Origin: Salpingoeca rosetta
Taxonomy: Eukaryota; Protista; Choanoflagellata
DNA length: 64,000 bases
Reading direction: 5' to 3'
NCBI GenBank assembly: GCA_033442325.1
Contig: JAWQFM010000018.1
Span: forward strand, 330,536-394,535
Both the position numbers and the translations under genes were made by a program. Under the pieces are notes generated by a model. It was not told the origin of the DNA and made no database searches. It saw nothing but the letters and a program-made list of their open reading frames with translations. Of the stretch, positions 48,510 to 61,279 are shown piece by piece. How positions within the stretch are numbered: position 1 is the stretch's first letter; each line of letters starts with the position of its first letter.

Positions 48510-49002
48510 ATGGCGACGCCAGTGTGGATGATGTTGTCGACGCTGCTGTTGTTGTTGGCAGCCTCGGACAATGCCGCTGTTCTTGCTGGTCAACCGGAAT
48601 GCACCATCATCAAGGGTCCGTTGTGCCAGGTTGAGGGTGCCAGTGTGCATGAGGGTGTGCGAGGGTGCTTTGAGATAAGGCAAGCAGTGTGTTGTTTGTT
48701 TTGTGGTCTGTGTGCCGTCTTGTTTTGTTTTGGTGTTGTTTGCTGTCCGCACAATGGACATGGGGGTGTCCGTACGTTGAGCTGACACACGTGTGTCGTA
48801 CGCGTTGCTGTACAGATTACGGCTGCTTTGTGGACACACTGAAGCCGCGCACGCTCCCGCAGAAGGCCGACAACGCCTACTCGTGCGTTTGTGCTCGCAT
48901 GCTCGTGTGTGCTCGTGTATGTGTGTGTGGCTGTCTGTGTGTGTGCTTGTGTGCTTGTGTGCTTGTGTGCTTGTGCGTGTTTGCATGTGTGTGCGTGTGT
49001 GC

Positions 49003-49034
<32 letters not shown>

Positions 49035-49556
49035 TACATGTTGTTGTTGTCGTTTGGCTCTATCGTGCATGGCACTGTGCTTGTCCAGCCCAACTTCTTC
49101 ACACGCTGCTGCAACGCATGGTACAGGTACAAAGAATGTGCCGCAAACTGCTTCAGCCTCGGGTTTACGGGCACTGCCGGTGCAGAGGGCGGAGAGGAGT
49201 GCTGGTGCTCAAACGAGAGTGGACCCGTTGGTGGCAGCGCACCCCAATGTAAGCGAGAATGTGTGCGCACGTTGTGTTGTGTATGCGTGGGTTGTGTTGT
49301 GTATGCGTGGGTTGTGTTGTGTATGCGTGCGTTGTATGTGTATCTGTCTCCCCATCTGTCTGCCTGTCTGTCCGTGTCACGAACATGTCTTCGGTCTACG
49401 CTTCTCACACCGCCATCCACTCGTCAGCCGAGTGTGACAAGACATGCAGGGACGACAGCACGCAGGAGTGCGGTGGCCTCTCACGTTTGAGCCAGTTCAG
49501 CTTCAAGTGCACGTCTGGCCAGAAGTTTTACTCTTGCTCAGGTATGTGCGTGTTGC

Positions 49557-49600
<44 letters not shown>

Positions 49601-50330
49601 CGTACATGTGTGGACACCTGTGTGTGTGTTTGTGTGTCGTGGCGTGTGCGTAGACTGTGTGTGGTTGTGTGTTTACAGCTGCTCACATCATGCACACCGG
49701 TGTCGTCTGCTGCAGGCGGCAAGTGTGTTGAGGACCCCCAGGGTCCCTGGAGTCACCCCAACTGCAACGGCCAATGCAAGGCACCGCCACCGCCACCAAC
49801 AACCACGACGACGGCCACCCCATACACCACCCCACACCCTCGGACAACAGCACAGCCGCTGACCTGCGAAATTGTGAACGGTGGGTGTCATTCCATTGTC
49901 ACACCAGTGCCATCGCAATACCATCGCCATGCAACACCAACGTGTCCGTCATCACGCGCCCCATTTTGCGACACGCTTTGATCCGCGTGGTGCTGTGACG
50001 TGTTCGTACCGGCTGCAACGACAGATTGGCCTTGACTGCTGCTCACTGCCTCTCCTTATCTCTCGCACATATATGTATGTGTGTGTATGTGTGTGTGCGT
50101 GTATGTGTGTGTGCGATTGTCCACTTGCTGGGTGTACTCCAAGATTACGGCTGCTTTGTGGACACACTGAAGCCGCGCACGCTCCCGCAGAAGGCCGACA
50201 ACGCCTACTCGTGCGTTTGTGCTCGCATGCTCGTGTGTGCTCGTGTATGTGTGTGTGGCTGTCTGTGTGTGTGCTTGTGTGCTTGTGTGCTTGTGTGCTT
50301 GTGCGTGTTTGCATGTGTGTGCGTGTGTGC

Positions 50331-50362
<32 letters not shown>

Positions 50363-50895
50363 TACATGTTGTTGTTGTCGTTTGGCTCTATCGTGCATGG
50401 CACTGTGCTTGTCCAGCCCAACTTCTTCACACGCTGCTGCAACGCATGGTACAGGTACAAAGAATGTGCCGCAAACTGCTTCAGCCTCGGGTTTACGGGC
50501 ACTGCCGGTGCAGAGGGCGGAGAGGAGTGCTGGTGCTCAAACGAGAGTGGACCCGTTGGTGGCAGCGCACCCCAATGTAAGCGAGAATGTGTGCGCACGT
50601 TGTGTTGTGTATGCGTGGGTTGTGTTGTGTATGCGTGGGTTGTGTTGTGTATGCGTGCGTTGTATGTGTATCTGTCTCCCCATCTGTCTGCCTGTCTGTC
50701 CGTGNNNNNNNNNNNNNNNNNNNNNNNNNNNNNNNNNNNNNNNNNNNNNNNNNNNNNNNNNNNNNNNNNNNNNNNNNNNNNNNNNNNNNNNNNNNNNNNN
50801 NNNNGGAGTGTCGGGCCCTATCATTTTGAGCCAGTTCAGCTTCAAGTGCACGTCTGGCCAGAAGTTTTACTCTTGCTCAGGTATGTGCGTGTTGC

Positions 50896-50939
<44 letters not shown>

Positions 50940-51842
50940 CGTACATGTGTGGACACCTGTGTGTGTGTTTGTGTGTCGTGGCGTGTGCGTAGACTGTGTG
51001 TGGTTGTGTGTTTACAGCTGCTCACATCATGCACACCGGTGTCGTCTGCTGCAGGCGGCAAGTGTGTTGAGGACCCCCAGGGTCCCTGGAGTCACCCCAA
51101 CTGCAACGGCCAATGCAAGGCACCGCCACCGCCACCAACAACCACGACGACGGCCACCCCATACACCACCCCACACCCTCGGACAACAGCACAGCCGCTG
51201 ACCTGCGAAATTGTGAACGGTGGGTGTCATTCCATTGTCACACCAGTGCCATCGCAATACCATCGCCATGCAACACCAACGTGTCCGTCATCACGCGCCC
51301 CATTTTGCGACACGCTTTGATCCGCGTGGTGCTGTGACGTGTTCGTACCGGCTGCAACGACAGATTGGCCTTGACTGCTGCTCACTGCCTCTCCTTACCT
51401 CTCCTTATCTCTTGCACATGTGTGTGTGTGTATGTGTGTGTGCGTGTATGTGTGTGTGCGATTGTCCACTTGCTGGGTGTACTCCAAGATTACGGCTGCT
51501 TTGTGGACACACTGAAGCCGCGCACGCTCCCGCAGAAGGCCGACAACGCCTACTCGTGCGTTTGTGCGCACGTGCTGGAGTGCATGTGCATGTGTGTGCA
51601 TGTGTGTGTGTGGTGTTGTCACAAGACATGTGTGAGCAAAGGCCCCGCCGCCCTCAGTATTTGTACCGCTCTGGCTTGTTTGTTTCATTCAATTCGCTGC
51701 TCAGGTACCAGGAGTGTGCCGCAAACTGCTACGTGCTCGGGTACATCGGCACTGCTGGCATTGAGAACGGCGAGGAGTGTTGGTGCTCAAGTGAGAGCAG
51801 CTCTGTTGGTGATATTGCACCCCAATGTAAGTCACAAATGCA

Positions 51843-51881
<39 letters not shown>

Positions 51882-52125
51882 ACCTTCGTATGTGGCACGA
51901 ACATATCTTTGGGCTTGTCTTCTCACATGCGTATCCCATCAACAGCCGATTGTTTCAGGCCATGTAGGGACAACAGCACACAGGAATGTGGTGGTCGCTC
52001 TCGCTTGAACGAGTTCAGTTTCAAGTGTGCGTCTCATCAGAAATACTACTCTTGCACAGGTATGTGTGTGGGTGTGTGTGCGTGTGTGTGAGTGTGTGCT
52101 GTAATGGTGTACATGTGTGGACACG

Positions 52126-52210
<85 letters not shown>

Positions 52211-52965
52211 CTTCTCATATCTTCGCGTCCTGGGTGGCTCACACCGGTATATTGTGCTGTAGGCCGCAAGTGTGTTGAAGATCCCCAGGGCCCCTGGAGC
52301 GACCCCAACTGCAACGGTGCATGCACGGTACCAACGCCGTTCCCGCCGCCAATCACAACCACGACCACTTCGACCACACCACACACTACAACAACAGTCC
52401 CGACCAATACAACCACGACCACTACCACTTCAACAACAGCCACGACGACCGCCCCACACACCCCTACACACGCTCCGACCCCACAGTCCCTGACCTGCGA
52501 GATTGTGAACGGTGGGTGTCATTCCAATGCCACACCCATGCCAACGCTGTGACCTGTTCACATGGGCTGCAACGATAGATTGGCCTTGGCTGCAGCTCAC
52601 TGCCTTTTTCACTCGTGCGCCTGTGTTGTTGTTGTGCTCCAAGATTACGGCTGCTATGTGGACACCCTGAAGCCACGCACGCTTCCATACAAGACCGACA
52701 ATGCTTACTCGTGCGTTTATGCATGCCTACTTGAGGAGTGCGTGTGTGCGTGTTGTCGTTTGGCTCTGTCGTGCATGGCACTGTGCTTGTCCAGCCCCAC
52801 TTGTTCACACGCTGCTGCAACACATGGCACAGGCTCAAGGAATGTGCCGCACGCTGCTACGAACTTGGGCATATCGGCACTGCCGGCGTTGAGAACGGCG
52901 AGGAATGCTGGTGCTCAGACGCGAGTGGACCCGTTGGTGCTACCGCCCCCAAATGTAAGTCACGA

Positions 52966-53017
<52 letters not shown>

Positions 53018-54237
53018 CTGCCTGCCTGTGTGCGTGGTGGCTGAAAGACGACTTCCGCCTGTTCTTCTCACATGCATATCCCACCAACAGCCAAGTGTGA
53101 CAAGACATGCTGGGATGACAACACGCAGAAGTGTGGTGGCCTGTCTCGCTTGAGCGAGTTCAGTTTCAAGTGCACGTCTGGTCAACAGTTTTACTCTTGT
53201 GCAGGTATGTTTGTGCGTGTTGCATTGTGTGCGTGCGTGCGTGCATGTGTGTGTGTGTGTGTCGTGTGTGTGCTTGTGTGCGTGCATTGTGTGCGTGTGT
53301 GTGTGCGCGCGTGCATTGTGTGCGTTGTGTCTGTGTGTGTGTCGTGTCGTGTCGTGTGCGTAGACTGTGTGTGGTTTTGTGTTTACAGCTGCTCACAACT
53401 CGCGTCCTGAGTGGTGTCGTCTGCTGCAGGCGGCAAGTGCGTCGAGGATCCCCAGGGTCCCTGGAGTGACTCCAACTGCGGTGGCGCATGCACGGCACCG
53501 CCATCCCCGCCATCACCACCCGGCCCATCGCCGCCTGCTCCCCCTGGTCCATCACCACCATCGACAACACCAGAGCCCCTGACCTGCAAAATTGTGAACG
53601 GTGGGTGTCTTTCCAATGTCACACCCATGCCAACGCTATGACCTGTTCACATGGGCTGCAGATTGGCTGTGACCGCTGCTCACTGCTTCTCATTTATCTC
53701 TTGCATACGTATGCGTGTGCCCATCGTGTTGCTGTACTCCAAGATTACGGCTGCCACGTGGACACCAAGACACCACGCACTCTTCCGCAGAAGGCTGGGT
53801 TTGCATCCTCGTACGTTCGCGTGTGTGCGCACGCGTGCGCGTACATCGAATACATACGTGTGTGCACGTTCACTGTCACATTCCTATATCTGTATACATT
53901 GACACACGAGGGCTGCCTTTATTGCCTGTTCCTCACAGCCCTGTTCCCTGACATCACATGCGTCCTCCACCCCTCTTGCCACTTCCCACCCCTCCTTTTG
54001 TTTTCCATGCTCCTTCCACACAGCCATCAGGAGTGTGCTGCAAACTGCTACAGGCTGGGCTTCACGGGCACCGCTGGCGTGGAGAAGGGCGAGCACTGCT
54101 GGTGCTCAGACGAATTCGGTCCTGTCGGTGCAGCTGCTGCCACATGTCAGTCAAGAGAGAGAGAGTGTGTGTGTGTGTGTGTGTGTGTGCGTTTGTGTGT
54201 GTGTGTGTATGTGCGTTTGTGTGTGTGTGTGTGTGTG

Positions 54238-54278
<41 letters not shown>

Positions 54279-55689
54279 CTGTTCCTGTGCCTGTGCGTAC
54301 GTTGATGAATGAGTGGGTAGTCGAGTGAGTGGACTATTGAGGTTCTGAGTAAGAACGAGTGCAATTGCCTCGTGTCTCATGTGTGATTTGAAGGTCGCCC
54401 TTCCGAGCTCAGCACTGCAATTCCTTGTTACCACCTCCTGTCGAATTAACCACACTGAACCAACCAACCCACCGAACCAACAGCCGAGTGCGACCGACGC
54501 TGCCAAGATCGTCCCTCCTCCCAGCGCTGTGGTGGCAATTCTCGCCTGAGCGAATTCGCTTTCCAGTGCACACCCGGTCGCAAGTTCTACTCATGCGCAG
54601 GTGTGTCATTGCATTGTTTGCTTGTTTGCTTGTTTGCTTGTTTGTGTGTGTGAGAGTGTGTGTTTGTTTGTTTGTTTGTTTGTTTGTTTGTTTGTTTGTG
54701 TTTGTTTGTTTGTTTGTTTGTTTGTTTGTTTGTTTGTTTGTTTGTTTGTTTGTTTTTTTGTTTGCATGTGACGCTTGCACTTGATTGGGATTGTTCAAGG
54801 GCAGGACGAGTCTTCCTGTTTCAGCACAGCTTAAACCATGCCAACTTATCATGTCTTGATAACACCCACGACCGTGCGTGTTTCATGTTGGTTCAAGCCT
54901 CTTATTGCGTGGAGGATCCCCACGGCCCCTGGAGTGACCCCGACTGCGGTGGCGCATGCAAGGCACCATCACCAACACCGCCACCGCCACCAACCACGAC
55001 GACCACCCCAGTGCCTACCACTCCATCGCCACCATCCCCCTCCATGCACTGCACCATCCTTATGGGTACGGGTGGGCTGTTGACGTGACCCTCGCACGCG
55101 CTCACCCACAACACACATGTATCCACGCTTTGTTGGTTCTCTCTGTTTTCCCTTGTATTCCTTCATCCTTCATCACACCATGCTCGTGCACGCAATCCAT
55201 GCTGTCACACCCGTGTTTGCTCGTGACTAGACTTCGGCTGTTTCAAGGAGACGTTCACGCCACGCACCCTCCCCCACTACGCTGGTCCTGTGAAGTCGTG
55301 AGTTCATGCACGCGAGCCAGTTTGAGCTGTCCATCGGGTGACATCTTCGTTGCCGCCCTCGCTTGATAAATCTCAATTCTGTCTCCTCACCCAATGTGCA
55401 CTGACATGAATGCACACACGTGCATTTATTTGACTCACTCGCTTTCACACACACGCACGCGTACATGTGTACACATGCACATACATCCATGTACGCACAC
55501 AATCTCGTGCATTCACGCACATTCACACACACACACGTGCATAGGACTGTTGAGTGCGCGTCTGCCTGCTTTGACTTGAAGTTCAACGGCACTGCCGGTG
55601 TCGAGAACGGCACGCAGTGCTGGTGCTCAGACACATATGCGCCCCTCGGCCCACCTCTACCTTCAGGTACACCACGTGCTTCGTTTGTG

Positions 55690-55775
<86 letters not shown>

Positions 55776-56058
55776 ACGCCAGTTTGGACGCAAGTACTCA
55801 CTGCAATGCTTGCCCTCCCCTCTTGCGTGTTTGTGTTGATGCCATCTGCGCCACAATGAATGCACAGCATCCTGCTCCAAGCGGTGCAAAGGTGACCGTG
55901 CCCACCACTGCGGCGGGCCTGCCAGCATCAACGAGTTTGCATTCAAGTGCTCATCCAAGCAGTTCCACTACAGCTGCTCTCGTAGGTTGCTGCGCGCTTT
56001 CACATGCGACATGCGCGGTTGTGTGAGCACACGTGTGTGTGCGTGTGTGAGCACACAC

Positions 56059-56114
<56 letters not shown>

Positions 56115-56402
56115 CTGCGTTGTGGCTAGTGCTGTGGCTGTTGTACTCCTGCCCATGGAATCTTGTACACGGCCCAGTGGGCTGCGAAACATTGCATTGC
56201 GCACCACCTTGCACTGTCTTCTGTGCTCCTCACGATCGAAGCTGTGCTGTCCATTCCAACCGATACCCAGTTGGGCGGTGCGTGGCCGACCCCACGGGCC
56301 CTTTCATCACCTCAGATTGCAACGGCAAGTGCAATGCGGCTGTAGCTGCAGCACCGCTCCGGTCACAGCCACGCTTCACGTGCCGAGGTCAGCACCGCGC
56401 GT

Positions 56403-56481
<79 letters not shown>

Positions 56482-56732
56482 TGCTTATGTCTGTGTCTGT
56501 GTGTTCGTTTCGTCCTGTGCTGTCCTGTGTTGTTGTCCTTGTCTGTGTGCTTGTTTGGCTGTGCGCCTCGTGGTTGAGCGTATTGCTTGTACGCCACAAC
56601 TTGTTGACACACCCCTCCTCTCGCCTACCATCGTTGCACACTTCAGGCCGCCAGTGCGTGGAGGATGCAGACGGCGAGTACGCGTCGTTCAATTGCGACC
56701 ACGCATGCGATCCAACCTTCCTCGAGACCTGA
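48510..56732 (+). CDS. Secreted tandem WSC-domain (carbohydrate-binding) protein: 6 units with Pro/Thr mucin-like linkers
   Basis: Signal exon 48510-48615. Each unit reads 'DYGCFVD...RTLP...S|YKECAANC...G..GTAG.E.GEECWCS...|[19 protein letters not shown]' (WSC consensus), then a 4-Cys module and a P/T linker. Ends 'CDPTFLET*' with no TM. Confidence 0.88.
48816..56400 (+). repeat. Tandem array of six 4-exon WSC modules (starts 48816, 50144, 51489, 52644, 53744, 55231; ~1.1-1.5 kb period)
   Basis: Repeated exons and recognisably homologous introns. Units 1 and 2 are near-identical; unit 6 is the most diverged. Confidence 0.92.
50705..50804. other. Assembly gap (100 N) inside WSC unit 2
   Basis: Run of N. 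Confidence 1.
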
Positions 56733-57316
56733 CGCCGCAACCATTCACTGCATCCATCTTTTGTTACAACTGTTTTCCTGCTTCCTTTCGCTGTTACACC
56801 GATGCGTTTCTCCTCTCAGCGGAGTGCTTGCTGCTGTGACGAGGACTGCTGCCGCGTTGTTGTTCCCCTGCTGCGTGGTGGTCGCATACGTTGTTGTTCC
56901 AACACAAGAACCCATCCCACGCAACTGCTCTTGTTTCCTTCTTGGAAGATCCTTCAATCCCACGCTGCAACAAAACAAAAAAAAATCACCAAAAAAAATA
57001 TGCGCCTTGCTTGGGCCCGTACCACCGTGTTCGCATGACTCACGTCCCCCTCATTCGCCCTCATTCCCCTCTCCTCCAACGCAAACAACAGCAAGCACAA
57101 CACAGAGCGGCAGTGACAAGGTGGTGTTCTGTGGTCTTGTTTGTTTGTGTGTGAGTAGGTGAGGAGGCTTGCAATGGCATGACGCACGCTGCAGCAAGGG
57201 ACTGTGCGGTCTGTGCAGTTGTGTGCATTCGGGCATGGTTGTGCTCACCCCTGCGTTCTGTTTGGTCTTGACGCTCATTTGCACCGATCATTACCTGCGT
57301 TGTTGCAGTCAGCAAA

Positions 57317-57425
57317 ATGAGGCTCCTCTTCGTGGCACTTGCCGTGCTACTGGCAGCGAACAACATTGCTGCCGATGGCACCGAATGCACCATCGTCAAC
57401 GGTGTGTGTGTGTGTGTGTGTGTCT

Positions 57426-57491
<66 letters not shown>

Positions 57492-57816
57492 GTGCGTGTG
57501 TGCGTGTGTGTGATGTTATGGGGGATGAACGCTTTCCTTGCACTCGTGCATGCGTTTGTGTGTGCGTGGTGCATGTTCATGTCCTTTCTTGTGTGTTGTG
57601 GTCCAACACCTGTCCTCACGCATGTCCCTGGGTGTGGCGTGCTCATGTTCAGATTATGGCTGCTTTGTGGACACCCTGAAGCCGCGCACGCTTCCGCAGA
57701 AGGCCGACAACGCCTACTCGTGCGTTTGTGCGCACGTGCTGGAGTGCATGTGCATGTGTGTGTGTGTCTGTCTGTCTGTCTGTCTGTCCATCTGTGTTTG
57801 TGTCTGGCTGGCTGTA

Positions 57817-57851
<35 letters not shown>

Positions 57852-58915
57852 GTGTGCGTGTGTCTCTGTGTTACATGTTATCGTTGCCATTCTCCTTAGT
57901 CGTGCATGGCACTGTGTTTGTCCAGCCCCCCCCCCTCTTCACACACTGCTGCAACGCATGGTGCAGGTACAAGGAATGTGCCGCAAACTGCTACGGGCTC
58001 GGATTCACAGGCACAGCTGGTGCAGAGAATGGCGAGGAGTGCTGGTGCTCAAACGAGAGTGGACCCGTTGGTGCCAGCGCACCCCAATGTAAGCCACGAA
58101 TGTATGCGTGTGCATGCGTGCGCGTAACGTTCTTGGTGTCGGCGTGGGTTGTGTTGTGTGTGCGTGGGTTGTGTTGTGTATGCGTGTGTTGTGTTGTGTT
58201 GTGTTGTGTTGTGTTGTCTGCCTGTCTTTCTGCCTGTCTGTACCTGGTACTAACATGCCTTAATGCCTCCCGTCTGCTCTTCTCACACCGCCATCCACTT
58301 AACAGCCGAGTGTGACAAGACATGCAGGGACGACAGCACGCAGGAGTGCGGTGGCCTCTCACGTTTGAGCCAGTTCAGCTTCCAGTGCACATCCGGCCAG
58401 AAGTTTTACTCTTGCTCAGGTCTATGCACATACCCTGCCAGCTCTTGTATCTGCCTTGCCCATCCCGCGTCTCCTCGCCTCTGCCCTCCTTTGCTCAAAC
58501 CAATCCTTCCATTGTGTTCCCGATAACGTTTCCGATCGCCAACGCAACCACTAACGCCGTGCCTTCACCACATCCTGCGTCCTTCTCCTGTCACAACGAT
58601 ACGATGACTTGTCTGTTCAAAGCAGGCGGTCTCTGCGTTGAAGATCCCCAGGGTCCCTGGAGTGACCCCAACTGCAACGGCGCATGCAAGGCACCGCCAT
58701 CCCCGCCATCACCACCCGGCCCATCGCCGCCTGCTCCCCCTGGTCCATCACCACCATCGCCACCGCCACCAGGCCCACCGGGCCCAACACCGCCACCATC
58801 CCCGCCATCTCCGCCATCCCCGCCATCTCCGCCATCCCCGCCCTCTGGCCACTCGAAGAAGAAGCTCGGCGCAGGCGACGTCATCGTCATCATGTGCGTG
58901 CGTGTGTGTGTCTCT

Positions 58916-58950
<35 letters not shown>

Positions 58951-59151
58951 GTGTGTGCATGTCATTGCTCGACAATCGATGCTGTCCTGCCCACTCCGCA
59001 TTTCACTGCCCCCATCTCACACGGCATGCGACACCTCCAACACGCTCACATATGTTTCACAGCTTCTTCGTCGGCATCATTTTCCCTTACTTCGTCCTGG
59101 GTGCCGTGTACATGAAATACGTCCGGGTACGTCCCGTATATGACACCTGCA

Positions 59152-59219
<68 letters not shown>

Positions 59220-59412
59220 CACACACACACACGCACGCACAACACAACTCACCCTCACATTCGCACACCACCGTGCTGTGCAGAATGCGTCTGGCGTTGA
59301 GGTTGTGCCCAACTACGAGTTCTGGGCGTCGCTGCCCGGCCTCATCTCGGACGGGTTCCGCTTTGTCATTGGAAAGGTCACCGGCCGCCCTCAGAGCTAC
59401 CAGGCCCTGTGA
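57317..59412 (+). CDS. Type I membrane protein: signal peptide, WSC, Pro/Ser stalk, Atg27/CD-M6PR-like TM and cytosolic tail
   Basis: 'MRLLFVALAVLLAANNIAA', one WSC module (57653-58690), an (SPP)n stalk, then 'KKKLGAGDVIVII|FFVGIIFPYFVLGAVYMKYVR|NASGVEVVPNYEFWASLPGLISDGFRFVIGKVTGRPQSYQAL*'. Confidence 0.88.
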
Positions 59413-60511
59413 TCCACCCCCGCTGTGCTCTCCACCCCTCCACCCTTTTCCATACAACCGCAGCCTCGTGGCAGGATGTGTGCTGACTTTGTTCAAAGTG
59501 GCTTCGCGCTTGGTGTTGCAATTCGCACTTGCGTCTCGAGAGTTGCCGTGCTGGTTGCATCACCACCTGTCCCAGCATCAACGCTGGCCCACACTCCACT
59601 TTTGCTCTGAGTTCTTCCCTCTTCATCATACCCACCCTTGTCTCAAGTCTTGGTCACACCATGTCTGTCTCTTCCTCCACCGTACGTGAGTGAATGAATG
59701 TGTGTGTGTGTGTGTGCTTCGCGACGCGTACGTTCTCGCGTCCGGCCTCCGTCACACCTCTTCCTCTCCTTCGTAACCTCGCGCTTGGCCTCCCTCTCTC
59801 CATCATCGTCGTCTTCCATTGTCTTTCTCCTCTTCTTCACGTTAGAAGTTTCGTCGTGCGCAAGCACTCTGCTCTCCGTGGTGGGCGCGGCCTTCCGTTG
59901 TTCCCAGCTGCCGTCGTTTCGCGTCGTCTTGCTCATCGACCTTGGTGTTCTTTGTGGTTTCTTTTCCTCCAATCATCATCACCATCACCATCACCATCAC
60001 CATCACTATCACCATCACGGCAAACGTGCCCCCACACCACACTTCCGCTATTCCCCAGCAGTGCCCACTTGTTCCTTTTGTGACGAATACACGCCTCTCG
60101 TTTTGAAGCCGCAGCATGTGTGTGCGAATGTGTGTGAGCGTGACTGGGAGTGAGTACGTGTAACGAGAATGTTACACAGACTAAATGGTGATGTTGTGAC
60201 ATATTGTTATGTTGGTGATTTTTATTGTTTCGGGCACAGACACAACAATCAGCACAATCACACATCTTTTCTGGCGCTGTCCAACGCATGCGCACAACAC
60301 CCCACTTTGCACCGCCACCACCAAGAGCAGCAGTGGTAGCGGCGGTGGCGGTGACGTTGTTGGGCACGGACGCAGGACAACCTGTTGTTGACCTTGCATG
60401 ACGCACAAAGGAAGTTGGTTGGGAAAGGGGAGGGAGTGTGGAGAAAGCATAGATAAAGCGCACAAACAAAACAACTCGCTCGTATCCTAGACAGAACCAA
60501 GCAAACGCACG

Positions 60512-60580
<69 letters not shown>

Positions 60581-60923
60581 CACAAAGCCATCGCTCTCTG
60601 GAGAGGGCAGGAGGGGGGTTGGTGCGTGGCTCCTTTTGCCACGATAGCCCACGTCCTCACGTCACATCTTAAGTCTTTTCAATCGCGGCGACGCTAAATG
60701 GTGCGGTGTAGCAAAGGAAAGCAATTGCACACTGCGGCAGCACACGTGAGCTAAGCTCTCCACCTCACAAAACACACACAACTCCCATGTATCAATGCAT
60801 GCATGCATGCATGCAAACGCACGCAAACGCACATCCCAGCATCCCACCACACAGGACGGAATGAAAGTTGACCAAGTTGACCAATTCAACGCACCGTGGC
60901 GGTCGTGACAGCTGCCATCGTCG

Positions 60924-61231
60924 TCACTCGCTGCCATCCCATTCACCCCCTTCATCTTCATCGTCATCATCATCATCATCGTCGTCGCCATCGTTGTCCT
61001 CATCGCGGCTGTTGCGGCGCTGCTTCGGGTTTGCCTCAGCGGTCAGCTTGGCTGCCAGCGCGCTGAACGACAGCGGGCGGTGTGTCTGGCGGCTCTGCTT
61101 CGGGCTCGCGAATCCTGGTTCACGCGCAGCACCAACAACAACAGCGCCATGCTTCGTATCGGCAAACGCAACGCCAGCCATGGCCCCAACGTCCAAGATG
61201 CCCAGGCCGCTGTCCTGCGGCATCAGTGGCG

Positions 61232-61279
<48 letters not shown>

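Noticed and set aside
50805-50830. Apparent frameshifted/divergent WSC exon after the gap
   Set aside because: Most likely low-quality contig-end bases; identity to unit 1 resumes immediately afterwards.
48816-56400. Repeat array as a CRISPR array or transposon
   Set aside because: Units are >1 kb spliced coding modules. No short repeat-spacer pattern, cas genes, terminal inverted repeats or transposase.
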